Shown here: piece by piece, positions 10,607 through 19,118 of the stretch
Layout of the letters: each line of letters opens with the position of its first letter
Numbering within the stretch: position 1 is the stretch's first letter
DNA from: Candidatus Poribacteria bacterium
GTDB lineage: Bacteria; Poribacteria; WGA-4E; PCPOR2b
Length of the DNA stretch: 64,000 bases
Direction: 5' to 3'
NCBI GenBank assembly: GCA_965215015.1
Contig: OZ244042.1
Coordinates: 4,640,001-4,704,000, forward strand
Notes under the pieces: generated by a model
The model's database searches: none
Seen by the model: the letters and a program-made list of their open reading frames with translations, nothing else
Told to the model about the DNA's origin: nothing
Made by a program: the position numbers and the translations under genes

Positions 10607-10635
10607 CTGACAAATGCGGGCGCGTTTAATGTACT
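10607..10635 (+). promoter_or_regulatory. Weakened copy of the tRNA-operon sigma70 promoter
   Basis: CTGACA-17bp-TGTACT, homologous to 14441-14469. Confidence 0.6.
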
Positions 10636-10648
10636 TAAAGGTGCTCTC

Positions 10649-10683
10649 GCGGGAGTAGCTCAGCAGTGGAGCTCTACCTGGCC
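10649..10683 (+). pseudogene. tRNA-Gly 5'-half remnant (copy 1)
   Basis: GCGGGAGTAGCTCAGcagtgGAGCTCTACCTgGCC versus intact tRNA GCGGGAGTAGCTCAGTGGTAGAGCTCTACCTTGCC; similarity ends at the anticodon. Confidence 0.85.
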
Positions 10684-10746
10684 GTGGGAATTAACTATTG
10701 CCTCTTTTAACCCTTATGTATGGCTTACTAGCACGGAGGAATCAAG

Positions 10747-11523
10747 ATGAAGGCTAAACTTTTTCAAAGATTGGTGCTCCTTCTTTTTTGCGTATCCTTA
10801 CCCTGCTTGATGGGAGCGTATCGTATTACGCCTACAGAGGGATTGAGTATCTCCTCTATGGTTAAACTCTCCAATCTGGTGTTTACCGGAGAAGTTGTCG
10901 AGATGGAATTTGTCTTTCGAGAGGATCTACCACCTCAGTTTACGACAGATATCACCGTTGAGGTCGAAGCGATGATTAAAGGAACACCCAATGCCGGAGA
11001 AAACCGCGTGAAATTCATGATCCGTGGCGGAGAGGGTGTCCATCCCACAACAGGAGAGTCGCTGATATGTATTGCAACAGGTGCACCGCAGTTTGAAATA
11101 GGGGAGAAGGTGCTTATCTTCTTGCTAAGACACACGCGTTTGATAGAACACAGGCGTTTAAGGCAGCTGTCACCGCCCCCCTATGAGGGGCTGGCACCGG
11201 TGTGGTGGGGAAACAGAAAGATAGTGGATGAAAAAGTATCTGTGCCCTATACGTTCCAGAAAAGATTATTTGAGAATGGGCAGTGGAGAGATAAAACTCA
11301 AATGAGGGATATTCATCTCCCAATTGATTTGGCACGGCAGATTGCTCAAGCGGCATTGCAAAATGCCGAAGCCGTTTCAACGGTAGAAGAGCAGATTAGG
11401 ACCTTTGCTAAAAATGCCCCGGTGGTGCCAGGTGAGAACCCCATGCCGGGTCAGGTGCTTCTAGACAGTGTTGAGGCAGCAATCACACCCATTCTCCCTC
11501 AGGAACGAATGGAGGAACAATAG
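10747..11523 (+). CDS. Secreted hypothetical protein A1, probable TIMP/NTR-like OB-fold
   Basis: Signal peptide; pattern SNLVFTGEVV..TDITVEVEAMIKG..VKFMIRGG..GAPQFEIGEKVLIFL; GGAGG RBS. Confidence 0.7.
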   Translation: MKAKLFQRLVLLLFCVSLPCLMGAYRITPTEGLSISSMVKLSNLVFTGEVVEMEFVFREDLPPQFTTDITVEVEAMIKGTPNAGENRVKFMIRGGEGVHPTTGESLICIATGAPQFEIGEKVLIFLLRHTRLIEHRRLRQLSPPPYEGLAPVWWGNRKIVDEKVSVPYTFQKRLFENGQWRDKTQMRDIHLPIDLARQIAQAALQNAEAVSTVEEQIRTFAKNAPVVPGENPMPGQVLLDSVEAAITPILPQERMEEQ

Positions 11524-12354
11524 ATGTATCCGTTGCTGCGGCACAATGGTTCGGATGTTGAGTTTAATGACGAGACAGTGAAATTTCGTTTAATCAACGC
11601 TGGGGAAACACAACGCTCCCCAGGTCAAAAAGATGGTTGGAATGTTGTAGACTAGGGGATTATAGATCCATCACACCGGCTTGCAGAGGCCCATGTATGG
11701 TTCAGTCCCAATAATCCACTTCAAATCATTGAAGCCGACATAATATTTGACTACTATCAGCCATACGCGGCGCACAGTAATAATTTTCCCTCCGATAAGT
11801 ATTGTATTCGTAATGTTGCCACCCACGAATTTGGACATTGGGCGTTGTTATTAGATGTTTCTATAGGGGATTGCCCAAGCTATGCACCTTATACAATGTT
11901 TTCGCCGGGGGAACCTCAATTTAACATACACTCACAAGAGTCCCTTGAATGTGAAGACAAATATGGTCTTTGGTATACCTACAATGAAATGACCTTTTCT
12001 GCACCTCCTGTTCTGGCTAAACCTGAAGTTGTCAATCCTCCAACTACGACTAGCGTTGTAGAACAGACAAGGCTTTTTCAGAACTACCCAGACCCTTCTA
12101 ATCCGGAGACATGGATACCCTACGAGCTTTCAGAAGACGCTGATGTGACCGTTGAAATCTATGACTTAACAGGAGCTATGGTAAGGAAACTCGTCTTGGG
12201 GAGACAAACCAAAGGACGATATATCGACAAGAGGCGGGCCGCCTTTTGGGATGGAAGGAACGAAAGGGGCGAGTTAGTCTCATCAGGTGTTTATTTTTAC
12301 ACGCTTAAAGCAGATGAGTTTTCAGCAACACGCAGGCTAGCTCTTTTAAAATAG
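11524..12354 (+). pseudogene. Matrixin/metzincin protease B1 with FlgD-Ig/T9SS-like C-terminal domain; 5'-deleted, with in-frame TAG
   Basis: Frame from ATG 11524 has TAG at 11653-11655 (TGG in copy B2), then continues NVATHEFGHWALLLD..YTMF (zinc motif and Met-turn) and QNYPDPSNPETWIPY..WDGRNERGELVSSGVYFY. Confidence 0.8.
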
Positions 12355-12391
12355 GGTGCTCCTTAAAACCTTTGCTTAAAATAATCAATAA

Positions 12392-12555
12392 TAGGACTTA
12401 CGCAATTGAACGCTCAATGCGTTATAGTTCGGCACTTCATCGCCGGTGCCCATACCCTCTGAGGCCCAATGAATCGGGCAACTACAACAAAGGTTCCATT
12501 AAGGAGCTCGTAGTGAACAACTATCGGTGTTCCCTACTGAAGTGCGTAAATCCTA
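12392..12555. mobile_element. MITE-like element with TAGGACTTACGCA...TGCGTAAATCCTA termini and internal REP-like palindromes
   Basis: Imperfect 13-bp terminal inverted repeats; related copies at 14112, 24497, 59688 and 63487. Confidence 0.75.
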
Positions 12556-12719
12556 CAATAAATGGCAATTTCTTACGCCCCATTGAGCAACCCACTTGTC
12601 CTCGGCGGGGTTTTTCCATGTTAGTCGGTAGTTATATGCGTGTTCATCTTGAAAATTAATGACAATTCCCAAATCGGGCGAAGGATAAGGCGTGAATGAG
12701 CCATAAAATCGACTTTTAG

Positions 12720-12748
12720 TTGACAAATGCGGGCGTGTTTAATATACT
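12720..12748 (+). promoter_or_regulatory. Near-consensus sigma70 promoter (copy of the tRNA-operon promoter)
   Basis: TTGACA-17bp-TATACT. Confidence 0.75.
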
Positions 12749-12761
12749 TAAAGGTGCTCTC

Positions 12762-12796
12762 GCGGGAGTAGCTCAGTCGCGGAGCTCTACCTTGCC
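12762..12796 (+). pseudogene. tRNA-Gly 5'-half remnant (copy 2)
   Basis: GCGGGAGTAGCTCAGTcGcgGAGCTCTACCTTGCC, diverging right after the GCC anticodon. Confidence 0.85.
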
Positions 12797-12859
12797 CTGG
12801 GAATTAACTATTGCCTCTTTTAACCCTTATGTATAGCTTACTAACACGGAAGAATTAAG

Positions 12860-13609
12860 ATGCAGACTAAACTTTTTCAAAGATTGGTGCTTCTTCTTTT
12901 TTGCGTATCCTTACCCTGCTGGGCATATCCTACTCTACCTACAGAGGGATTAAGCATATCTTCTATGATTGATATGTCGGTTCTGGCGTTTACCGGAGCA
13001 GTTGTCGAGATGGAATTTGTCTTTCGAGAGAATCTACCACCTCAGTTTACGACAGATATTACCATTGAGATCGAAGCGATGATTAAAGGGACACCCAATG
13101 CCGGAGAAAACCGCGTGAAATTCATGATTCCCGGTGGAGAGGGTGTCTATCCCACAACAGGGGAGTCGCTGATATGTGTTGTACCGGATGCACCGAAGTT
13201 TGGAATAGGGGACAAGGTGTTTATCTTCCTGAGAAAACACAAGCGTTTAGCTAGACTTCCAGTCCCTCATGGAGGACTGATAACGGGATGGTGGGGAAAA
13301 AGAGAGATAGTGGATGAAAAAGTATCTGTGCCCTATACGTTCCAGAAAAGATTATTTGAGAATGGGCAGTGGAGAGATAAAACTCAAATGAGGGATATTC
13401 ATCTCCCAATTGATTTGGCACGGCAGATTGCTCAAGCGGCATTGCAAAATGCCGAAGCCGTTTCAACGGTAGAAGAGCAGATTAGGACCTTTGCTAAAAA
13501 TGCCCCGGTGGTGCCAGGTGAGAACCCCATGCCGGGTCAGGTGCTTCTAGACAGTGTTGAGGCAGCAATCACACCCATTCTCCCTCAGGAACGAATGGAG
13601 GAACAATAA
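12860..13609 (+). CDS. Secreted hypothetical protein A2, paralog of A1 (TIMP/NTR-like OB-fold)
   Basis: Signal peptide; N-terminal half diverged from A1, last ~100 aa identical. Confidence 0.7.
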   Translation: MQTKLFQRLVLLLFCVSLPCWAYPTLPTEGLSISSMIDMSVLAFTGAVVEMEFVFRENLPPQFTTDITIEIEAMIKGTPNAGENRVKFMIPGGEGVYPTTGESLICVVPDAPKFGIGDKVFIFLRKHKRLARLPVPHGGLITGWWGKREIVDEKVSVPYTFQKRLFENGQWRDKTQMRDIHLPIDLARQIAQAALQNAEAVSTVEEQIRTFAKNAPVVPGENPMPGQVLLDSVEAAITPILPQERMEEQ

Positions 13610-14074
13610 ATGTATAAAAAATCGCGGACTGGGCTTTCGTATCAGTCGTTTCCATTCTCGCCATATCCGGGAATGCCTTGGGAGAGATTCCATGTTCATT
13701 AGACTCGTGTGAGGATCTGTCTGAAGGAGGCCATCTAATATCCGGGAGGAGATGGAATCAACCCGGGACCCCTGAGAGAGTGAACTATTATGTCGGCGAG
13801 GAGTGGATTAACATGCCTGCCTTAGCTCCTGATGTATCCGTTGCTGCGGCACAATGGTCGGATGTTGAGTTTAATGACGAGACAGTGAAATTTCGTTTAA
13901 TCAACGCTGAGGAAACACAACGCTCCCCCGGTCAAAAAGATGGTTGGAATGTTGTAGACTGGGGGATTCCAGTTGATGACGAGTCTGTCGCAGAGGCCCA
14001 TGTATGGTTCCGTCCCAATAATCCACTTCAGGTCTGAGTTTTCAGCAACACGCAGGCTAGCTCTTTTAAAATAG
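13610..14074 (+). pseudogene. Matrixin-type protease B2: N-terminus retained, frameshift in A-run, catalytic domain deleted
   Basis: ATG 13610 is out of frame with the signal-like AFVSVVSILAISGNALG at the A6 run 13616-13621; at ~14031 it jumps to the last codons of B (GAGTTTTCAGCAACACGC), skipping ~590 bp present in B1. Confidence 0.75.
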
Positions 14075-14111
14075 GGTGCTCCTTAAAACCTTTGCTTAAA
14101 ATAATCAATAA

Positions 14112-14275
14112 TAGGACTTACGCAATTGAACGCTCAATGCCTTGTAGTTCGGCGATTCATCGCCGGCGCACACACCCTCTGATGACCGATGAATCGGGCA
14201 ACTACAACAAAGGTTCCATTAAGGAGCTCGTAGTGAACAACTATCGGTGCTCCCTACTAAAGTGCGTAAATCCTA
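14112..14275. mobile_element. MITE-like element copy
   Basis: TAGGACTTACGCA...TGCGTAAATCCTA with internal GTAGTTCGGCGATTCATCG / CGATGAATCGGGCAACTAC pair. Confidence 0.75.
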
Positions 14276-14440
14276 CAATAAATGGCAATTTCTTACGCCC
14301 CATTGAGTAACCCACTTGTCCTCGGCGAGGCTTTTCCATGTTAGTCGGTAGTTATATGCGCGTTCACCTTGAAAATTAACGACAATTCCCAAATCGGGTG
14401 AAGGATAAGGTGTGAATGAGCTACAAAATCAACTTTTTAG

Positions 14441-14469
14441 TTGACAAATGCCAGCGTGTTTGATACACT
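14441..14469 (+). promoter_or_regulatory. sigma70 promoter of the tRNA operon
   Basis: TTGACA-17bp-TACACT, 13 bp before tRNA-Gly. Confidence 0.75.
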
Positions 14470-14482
14470 TAAAGATGCTCTC

Positions 14483-14557
14483 GCGGGAGTAGCTCAGTGG
14501 TAGAGCTCTACCTTGCCAAGGTAGAGGTCGCGGGTTCAAGTCCCGTCTCCCGCTCCA
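14483..14557 (+). tRNA. tRNA-Gly(GCC)
   Basis: Acceptor GCGGGAG/CTCCCGC, anticodon arm CTACC-TTGCCAA-GGTAG, GGTTCAAGTCC T-arm, CCA end. Confidence 0.97.
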
Positions 14558-14561
14558 ATGT

Positions 14562-14633
14562 GGCGGCGTAGCCAAGTGGTAAGGCCGGAGTCTGCAAAAC
14601 TCCTATGCGTCGGTTCAATTCCGACCGCCGCCT
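14562..14633 (+). tRNA. tRNA-Cys(GCA)
   Basis: GGCGGCG/CGCCGCC acceptor, GGAGT-CTGCAAA-ACTCC anticodon arm, U discriminator; CCA not encoded. Confidence 0.95.
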
Positions 14634-14647
14634 TCATTCCTTAATAC

Positions 14648-14721
14648 GGGCGGTTAGCTCAGGTGGTTAGAGTGCTTGCTTGACATGCAAGAGGTCACTG
14701 GTTCAAATCCAGTATCGCCCA
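14648..14721 (+). tRNA. tRNA-Val(GAC)
   Basis: GGGCGGT/ATCGCCC acceptor, CTTGC-TTGACAT-GCAAG anticodon arm, GGTTCAAATCC T-arm. Confidence 0.95.
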
Positions 14722-14739
14722 TCTATGTTATTGAATACT

Positions 14740-14763
14740 AAAGAGCCGAAAGGCTCTTTTTTT
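14740..14763 (+). terminator. Rho-independent terminator of the tRNA operon
   Basis: AAAGAGCC-GAAA-GGCTCTTT followed by a T-run. Confidence 0.9.
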
Positions 14764-14858
14764 ATTGAAGGACGCTCGGAGAACAGGAGTTTACACAAAT
14801 TGAACAGGAATCGAAGCTAGGAAGAGCTTGCAAGAAATGCCAATAACTGGAGAGGATT

Positions 14859-16676
14859 ATGGAAAATTCAGAAAAGGATCTGCTTTATAAAATCAGGCAC
14901 AGCACCGCGCATGTGATGGCACAAGCGGTCGTGGAGCTTTATCCAGACGCTAAACTCGCTATTGGACCACCGATTGAAAACGGATTTTATTACGATTTTG
15001 ATCTCGGAAGCGATGGCGATGGCAAGCCGCTTGCATTTTCGCCGGAAGCCCTAGAGAAAATTGAGAAGCGGATGCGACAAATCGTCGCCGGCAAACATGC
15101 GTTTAATTATCGGGAAATCAGTCCTGATGAAGCACGCGAACTATTCAGAGATCAGCCCTATAAATTGGAGTTGATAGAGGGACTCATTGAGGGCAATGTC
15201 GATGAATATGGGGCTGCGATCGATGGAACACCGGTTGTGAGTACTTATCAGCAGGACACCTTTGAAGACCTCTGTCGAGGGCCTCACGTCGGAGACACAG
15301 GCGAGATACGCCCCGATGCCTTTAAGCTTTTGACTGTCGCCGGTGCATATTGGCGGGGCGATGAAAATAAAGCCATGCTTCAACGCATCTACGGCACGGC
15401 GTGGCACACCAAGGCAGAACTCAAGCAGCACCTTCAAATGCTTGAGGAGGCGAGAAAACGAGACCATCGCAAACTCGGCAGGGATTTAGAAATTTTTATC
15501 TTTGATGAGGACGTCGGGCCTGGGCTGCCCCTGTGGCTGCCAAACGGCGGCATCGTCATTGAGGAATTGGAAGCACTTGCCAAGGAGATGGAGGAGAAAA
15601 GAGGGTATGATCGGGTCAGAACACCTCACCTCGCCAAAGACGCACTCTTTCAGCGTACCGGTCACCTCGCGCATTATGCCGAAAGCATGTATCCACCGAT
15701 GGAGATGGAGGGCGTCCGTTACTACATGAAGCCGATGAACTGCCCATTCCATCACAAGATTTTTGATAGCAAACCGCGCAGCTATCGCGATCTGCCAGTT
15801 CGCTTGGGCGAATACGGCACATGCTATCGCTTTGAAAAGAGTGGTGAACTCTTCGGCCTCATGCGGGTGCGCTCCATGCAGATGAACGACGCACACATCT
15901 ACTGTTCGGAGGAGCAGTTTGAAGAGGAATTTATGGGGGTCGTTGACCTATACCTCGAATATTTCCGTATCTTTGGTATCGAAAAATATGTGATGCGTCT
16001 GAGTACACACCACAAAGCTGGACTTGGCAAAAAGTATATCGACAATGAACCGATGTGGCTCAAAACCGAAGAGATGGTCCGTAACGCGATGCGGAATGGT
16101 GATGTGCCTTTTGTCGAGGTACCTGATGAAGCCGCTTTCTACGGTCCCAAAATTGACGTGCAGATTTGGAGTGCCATCGGCAGGGAATTTAGCCTCGCCA
16201 CGAATCAGGTCGATTTTGCCGTACCGGCGCGATGTAATCTGAGCTTTGTCAATAGAGCAGGCGAGTCCGAAATCCCGATCTGCCTCCATCGAGCCCCACT
16301 CGGCACGCACGAGCGGATGATTGGCTTTCTGCTTGAGCATTATGCCGGCAAATTTCCCGTTTGGCTCTCACCGGAACATGCGCGCGTAATTCCAATCAAC
16401 GACAGCCACAACAACTACGTTCAGAAGATTGCTGAACGACTGAGAGAAGCCAAAATTCGTGCACAAGCAGATCTGGGGCCCGACCGTATGAATGCAAAAA
16501 TTCGTCAAGCCCAGTTGATGCAGGTGCCGTATATGCTTGTCGTTGGAGACAGAGAGGTTGAGGCTGGCACTGTTTCTCTCCGGAAGCGAGATGGAGCACG
16601 TCAAAATGGCTTGCCTGTGGAGGATTTTATAACCGCTGTCCAAGAGCGCATTGCAACACGATCGAACGAACTATAG
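14859..16676 (+). CDS. thrS: Threonine--tRNA ligase (no N-terminal TGS domain)
   Basis: RHSTAHVMA, DLCRGPH, RDHRKLG, KPMNCP, FYGPKID and HRAPLGTHER. Confidence 0.97.
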   Translation: MENSEKDLLYKIRHSTAHVMAQAVVELYPDAKLAIGPPIENGFYYDFDLGSDGDGKPLAFSPEALEKIEKRMRQIVAGKHAFNYREISPDEARELFRDQPYKLELIEGLIEGNVDEYGAAIDGTPVVSTYQQDTFEDLCRGPHVGDTGEIRPDAFKLLTVAGAYWRGDENKAMLQRIYGTAWHTKAELKQHLQMLEEARKRDHRKLGRDLEIFIFDEDVGPGLPLWLPNGGIVIEELEALAKEMEEKRGYDRVRTPHLAKDALFQRTGHLAHYAESMYPPMEMEGVRYYMKPMNCPFHHKIFDSKPRSYRDLPVRLGEYGTCYRFEKSGELFGLMRVRSMQMNDAHIYCSEEQFEEEFMGVVDLYLEYFRIFGIEKYVMRLSTHHKAGLGKKYIDNEPMWLKTEEMVRNAMRNGDVPFVEVPDEAAFYGPKIDVQIWSAIGREFSLATNQVDFAVPARCNLSFVNRAGESEIPICLHRAPLGTHERMIGFLLEHYAGKFPVWLSPEHARVIPINDSHNNYVQKIAERLREAKIRAQADLGPDRMNAKIRQAQLMQVPYMLVVGDREVEAGTVSLRKRDGARQNGLPVEDFITAVQERIATRSNEL

Positions 16677-16838
16677 TGGGCTAAATATTTTTATCAGCAC
16701 GTATTTACGTCCCTTTCATTGCCACAGCTGTGATCTACACCTCATGCTAACTGAGCAAGCAGGTACTTAGCTGGGCATGCTTGATTTATTAAGGAGTTAA
16801 ATATTAAGTTTGAGCAACCTAGGGGTAAGGAGCTAAAT

Positions 16839-17031
16839 ATGCCAACAGAGGATGTTTGCAATAGGACACTCAATACACGAGATTGACGATTTTATTGAGA
16901 TGTTGAAAAAACACAAGGTTGATTGTTTAATTGATGTTAGAAGCCAGCCATATAGTAGAATTGGTCCGCGACTCAATAAAGAGAGATTAAGTTCAGCCTT
17001 AAAAAGTGCTGAGATCCTGTACACACCTTGA
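16839..17031 (+). pseudogene. DUF488-family fragment
   Basis: FAIGHSIHEIDDFIEMLKKHKVDCLIDVRSQPYS matches the DUF488 N-terminus; out of frame with ATG 16839 and truncated. Confidence 0.65.
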
Positions 17032-17144
17032 GAACGCTTTTAGAGTCCTGTACAAACATCTATTTCGCAGTTTCACTCGGTGTTGAATTTAATGGATGGT
17101 ACTATAAACTGATAGCAGGCGTTGTATATCTCTAATAAAAAGCT

Positions 17145-18332
17145 ATGAAACGTATATACCTAGACCATAATGCAACAACCCCAGTCCACCCGCAGGTACT
17201 TGAGGCGATGCTGCCCTTTATGACGGAGCAGTTCGGCAACGGTTCGAGCATCCACGCCTATGGACGTGAGGCGCGTAATGCGATTGATGACGCGCGTGAG
17301 CAGGTTGCAGCCCTTATGAACGCGAAAAGTCCGAGTGAAATCATTTTCACCAGCACCGGGACGGAGGCTGATAACTACGCCATCAAAGGGATTGCCGAGT
17401 TGCAGCAAAGACGCAATGGCGGCAATCATATCATCACCTCTTCAATTGAGCATCACGCTGTGTTGCATACATGCCAATATCTTGAGAAACGTGGATTTGA
17501 AGTAACGTATCTCCCTGTCGATCGGTATGGACGGATTCAACTCGACGATCTGTGCGCGGCGATTCGGGACACAACAATTCTTATCTCTATTATGCACGCC
17601 AACAACGAAACAGGAACGATTGAACCGATTGCGGAGGTTTGTGAAATCGCTCAAGCACATCGTATCCCTGTCCATACGGACGCGGTACAATCCGTTGGTA
17701 AGCTACCGGTTGATGTTCAGGCGTTGGGTGTTAGTATGCTTTCGCTTTCTGCACACAAGATTTATGGACCTAAGGGAATCGGCGCGTTGTACCTTCGACG
17801 TGGCACACGGTTGGAAAACCTACTTCACGGGGGTTCACATGAGCGGAACCGGCGAGCAGGCTCCGAGAATGTCCCCTCGATTGTTGGGATCGGTCAGGCA
17901 GCAGCATTAGCGAAGAAAGAGCGAGAATCGAACGTTGAGCATCTGAATCAATTAACGGGCAAGTTACGCCAAGGATTGCATGAAGGTATCGATTATATCC
18001 ATGAGAACAGTGATCCTGAAAACAGTTTGCCCGGAACATTGAATATCTCTTTTGAGTATATTGAAGGGGAAAGTCTCATCTTGCGATTGGATATGGAGGG
18101 CATTTGTGTCTCAACAGGTTCAGCCTGTACTTCTGGCTCGATGGAGCCATCTCACGTTTTGGCTGCCCTCGGTCTCCCACCGCAATTGGCGCAAGGCACC
18201 GTCCGGTTTTCACTTGGTAAAGATAACACGGAAGCGGAAATCAATGAAGTCATCGAAAAAGTGCCCAAGGTTGTTGAGCAGATGCGGGGGATGTCGCCAG
18301 CGTATAAAAGATTCGCTCATGTAAGGAATTAG
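17145..18332 (+). CDS. iscS: Cysteine desulfurase (IscS/NifS group I)
   Basis: YLDHNATT, HTDAVQ, SAHKIYGPKG and STGSACTSG. Confidence 0.93.
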   Translation: MKRIYLDHNATTPVHPQVLEAMLPFMTEQFGNGSSIHAYGREARNAIDDAREQVAALMNAKSPSEIIFTSTGTEADNYAIKGIAELQQRRNGGNHIITSSIEHHAVLHTCQYLEKRGFEVTYLPVDRYGRIQLDDLCAAIRDTTILISIMHANNETGTIEPIAEVCEIAQAHRIPVHTDAVQSVGKLPVDVQALGVSMLSLSAHKIYGPKGIGALYLRRGTRLENLLHGGSHERNRRAGSENVPSIVGIGQAAALAKKERESNVEHLNQLTGKLRQGLHEGIDYIHENSDPENSLPGTLNISFEYIEGESLILRLDMEGICVSTGSACTSGSMEPSHVLAALGLPPQLAQGTVRFSLGKDNTEAEINEVIEKVPKVVEQMRGMSPAYKRFAHVRN

Positions 18333-18369
18333 TGCAACAGAAGCTGCAGTGGCTTACTTCCCAATTTAT

Positions 18370-18487
18370 CAGGGAGTAACTCTCCCCCTGCTTGCTCCCC
18401 TCCACGGTTGAGGCATAGGGTTCAGGGTAACTCTCCCCTACTCGCCTCCCTTCCCCGCTTGCGGGGAAGTTAGAGGGGGTCGGGGGT
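18370..18487. repeat. CCCCGCTTGCGGGG-type palindromic repeat cluster
   Basis: CTTCCCCGCTTGCGGGGAAG; relatives at 7862-7891 and 31360-31393. Confidence 0.65.
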
Positions 18488-18551
18488 TCTGCTACAAGAT
18501 CCCTTAAAATGACCCAACAATTTTTTGCATAACTAACATAAGGAGAGATCA

Positions 18552-19097
18552 ATGGCGAAAAAACTAGCGAAAAATAAATATCAGAAGAGACACCATCGTC
18601 GCGGCGAAGACCGTTTGCGCGGCGACAAAATCGATTTTTACCTTTCGATGGCGTATTCGGAGGACTCGGAGGACAGGATAGCTGCGATGGAGAATCTATG
18701 TCCGTGCCATGTTCGCAGACGGATTGATGCCGTGTGGGAAGCACTATACCGTGGGCTTCAAGACCCCGATATAAATGTTCGCAAGGCAGCGTGGCATACC
18801 CTCGACGATGGCGGGCGACCGAATGATCCACAGTTACAGCCAATTCTTGAGAAGATTGCAAAGAAAGAAACGGATCCAAAACTGCGCCAACGCGCAATCG
18901 ATCTCATTCAGTCTGCCAGACAGTTGGAGGCTAAACATCGGGAACTGGTGGCACAGGGGGCAGATTATTTTCCTGGGAAATGTGACTGGTGTGGTGCGAC
19001 CGACGTGAAAGTAACGTACGATTATGAGACAGAGTTTGAGGGGATTGGTCAACAGAAAAGGTTTGCCCTGATGTGTCCTGATTGTGCTGGTGTATAG
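18552..19097 (+). CDS. HEAT-repeat protein with LCPCH motif and C-terminal CxxC..CxxC zinc ribbon
   Basis: LQDPDINVRKAAWHTL and ETDPKLRQRA HEAT-like units; CDWC...CPDC; AGGAG RBS. Confidence 0.7.
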   Translation: MAKKLAKNKYQKRHHRRGEDRLRGDKIDFYLSMAYSEDSEDRIAAMENLCPCHVRRRIDAVWEALYRGLQDPDINVRKAAWHTLDDGGRPNDPQLQPILEKIAKKETDPKLRQRAIDLIQSARQLEAKHRELVAQGADYFPGKCDWCGATDVKVTYDYETEFEGIGQQKRFALMCPDCAGV

Positions 19098-19118
19098 CGT
19101 TTACAATGACTTCCCGGT

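Larger units (their letters stand above)
10595..12707 (+). repeat. Tandem cassette unit 1 (promoter + tRNA-Gly 5' half + gene A1 + gene B1 + MITE spacer)
   Basis: Direct similarity to 12708-14427 throughout; its first ~90 bp are repeated again at 14428-14517. Confidence 0.9.
12708..14427 (+). repeat. Tandem cassette unit 2
   Basis: Homologous to unit 1; 13307-13608 appears identical to 11221-11522, and 14035-14430 is near-identical to 12315-12710. Confidence 0.9.

Noticed and set aside
11653-11655. Recoded TAG (pyrrolysine or readthrough) in protease B1
   Set aside because: The paralog has TGG at this site, TAG ends normal genes here (thrS, secreted A1), and the gene has other lesions
10747-13609. 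Diversity-generating retroelement (TR/VR pair) explaining the A1/A2 differences
   Set aside because: Differences are not adenine-specific and include indels and synonymous changes; no reverse transcriptase is in the window
12372-14310. ORFs 12372-12659 and 14092-14310 (MLKIINNRTYAIERS..)
   Set aside because: They are translations of the MITE/spacer repeat, with no RBS and different stops
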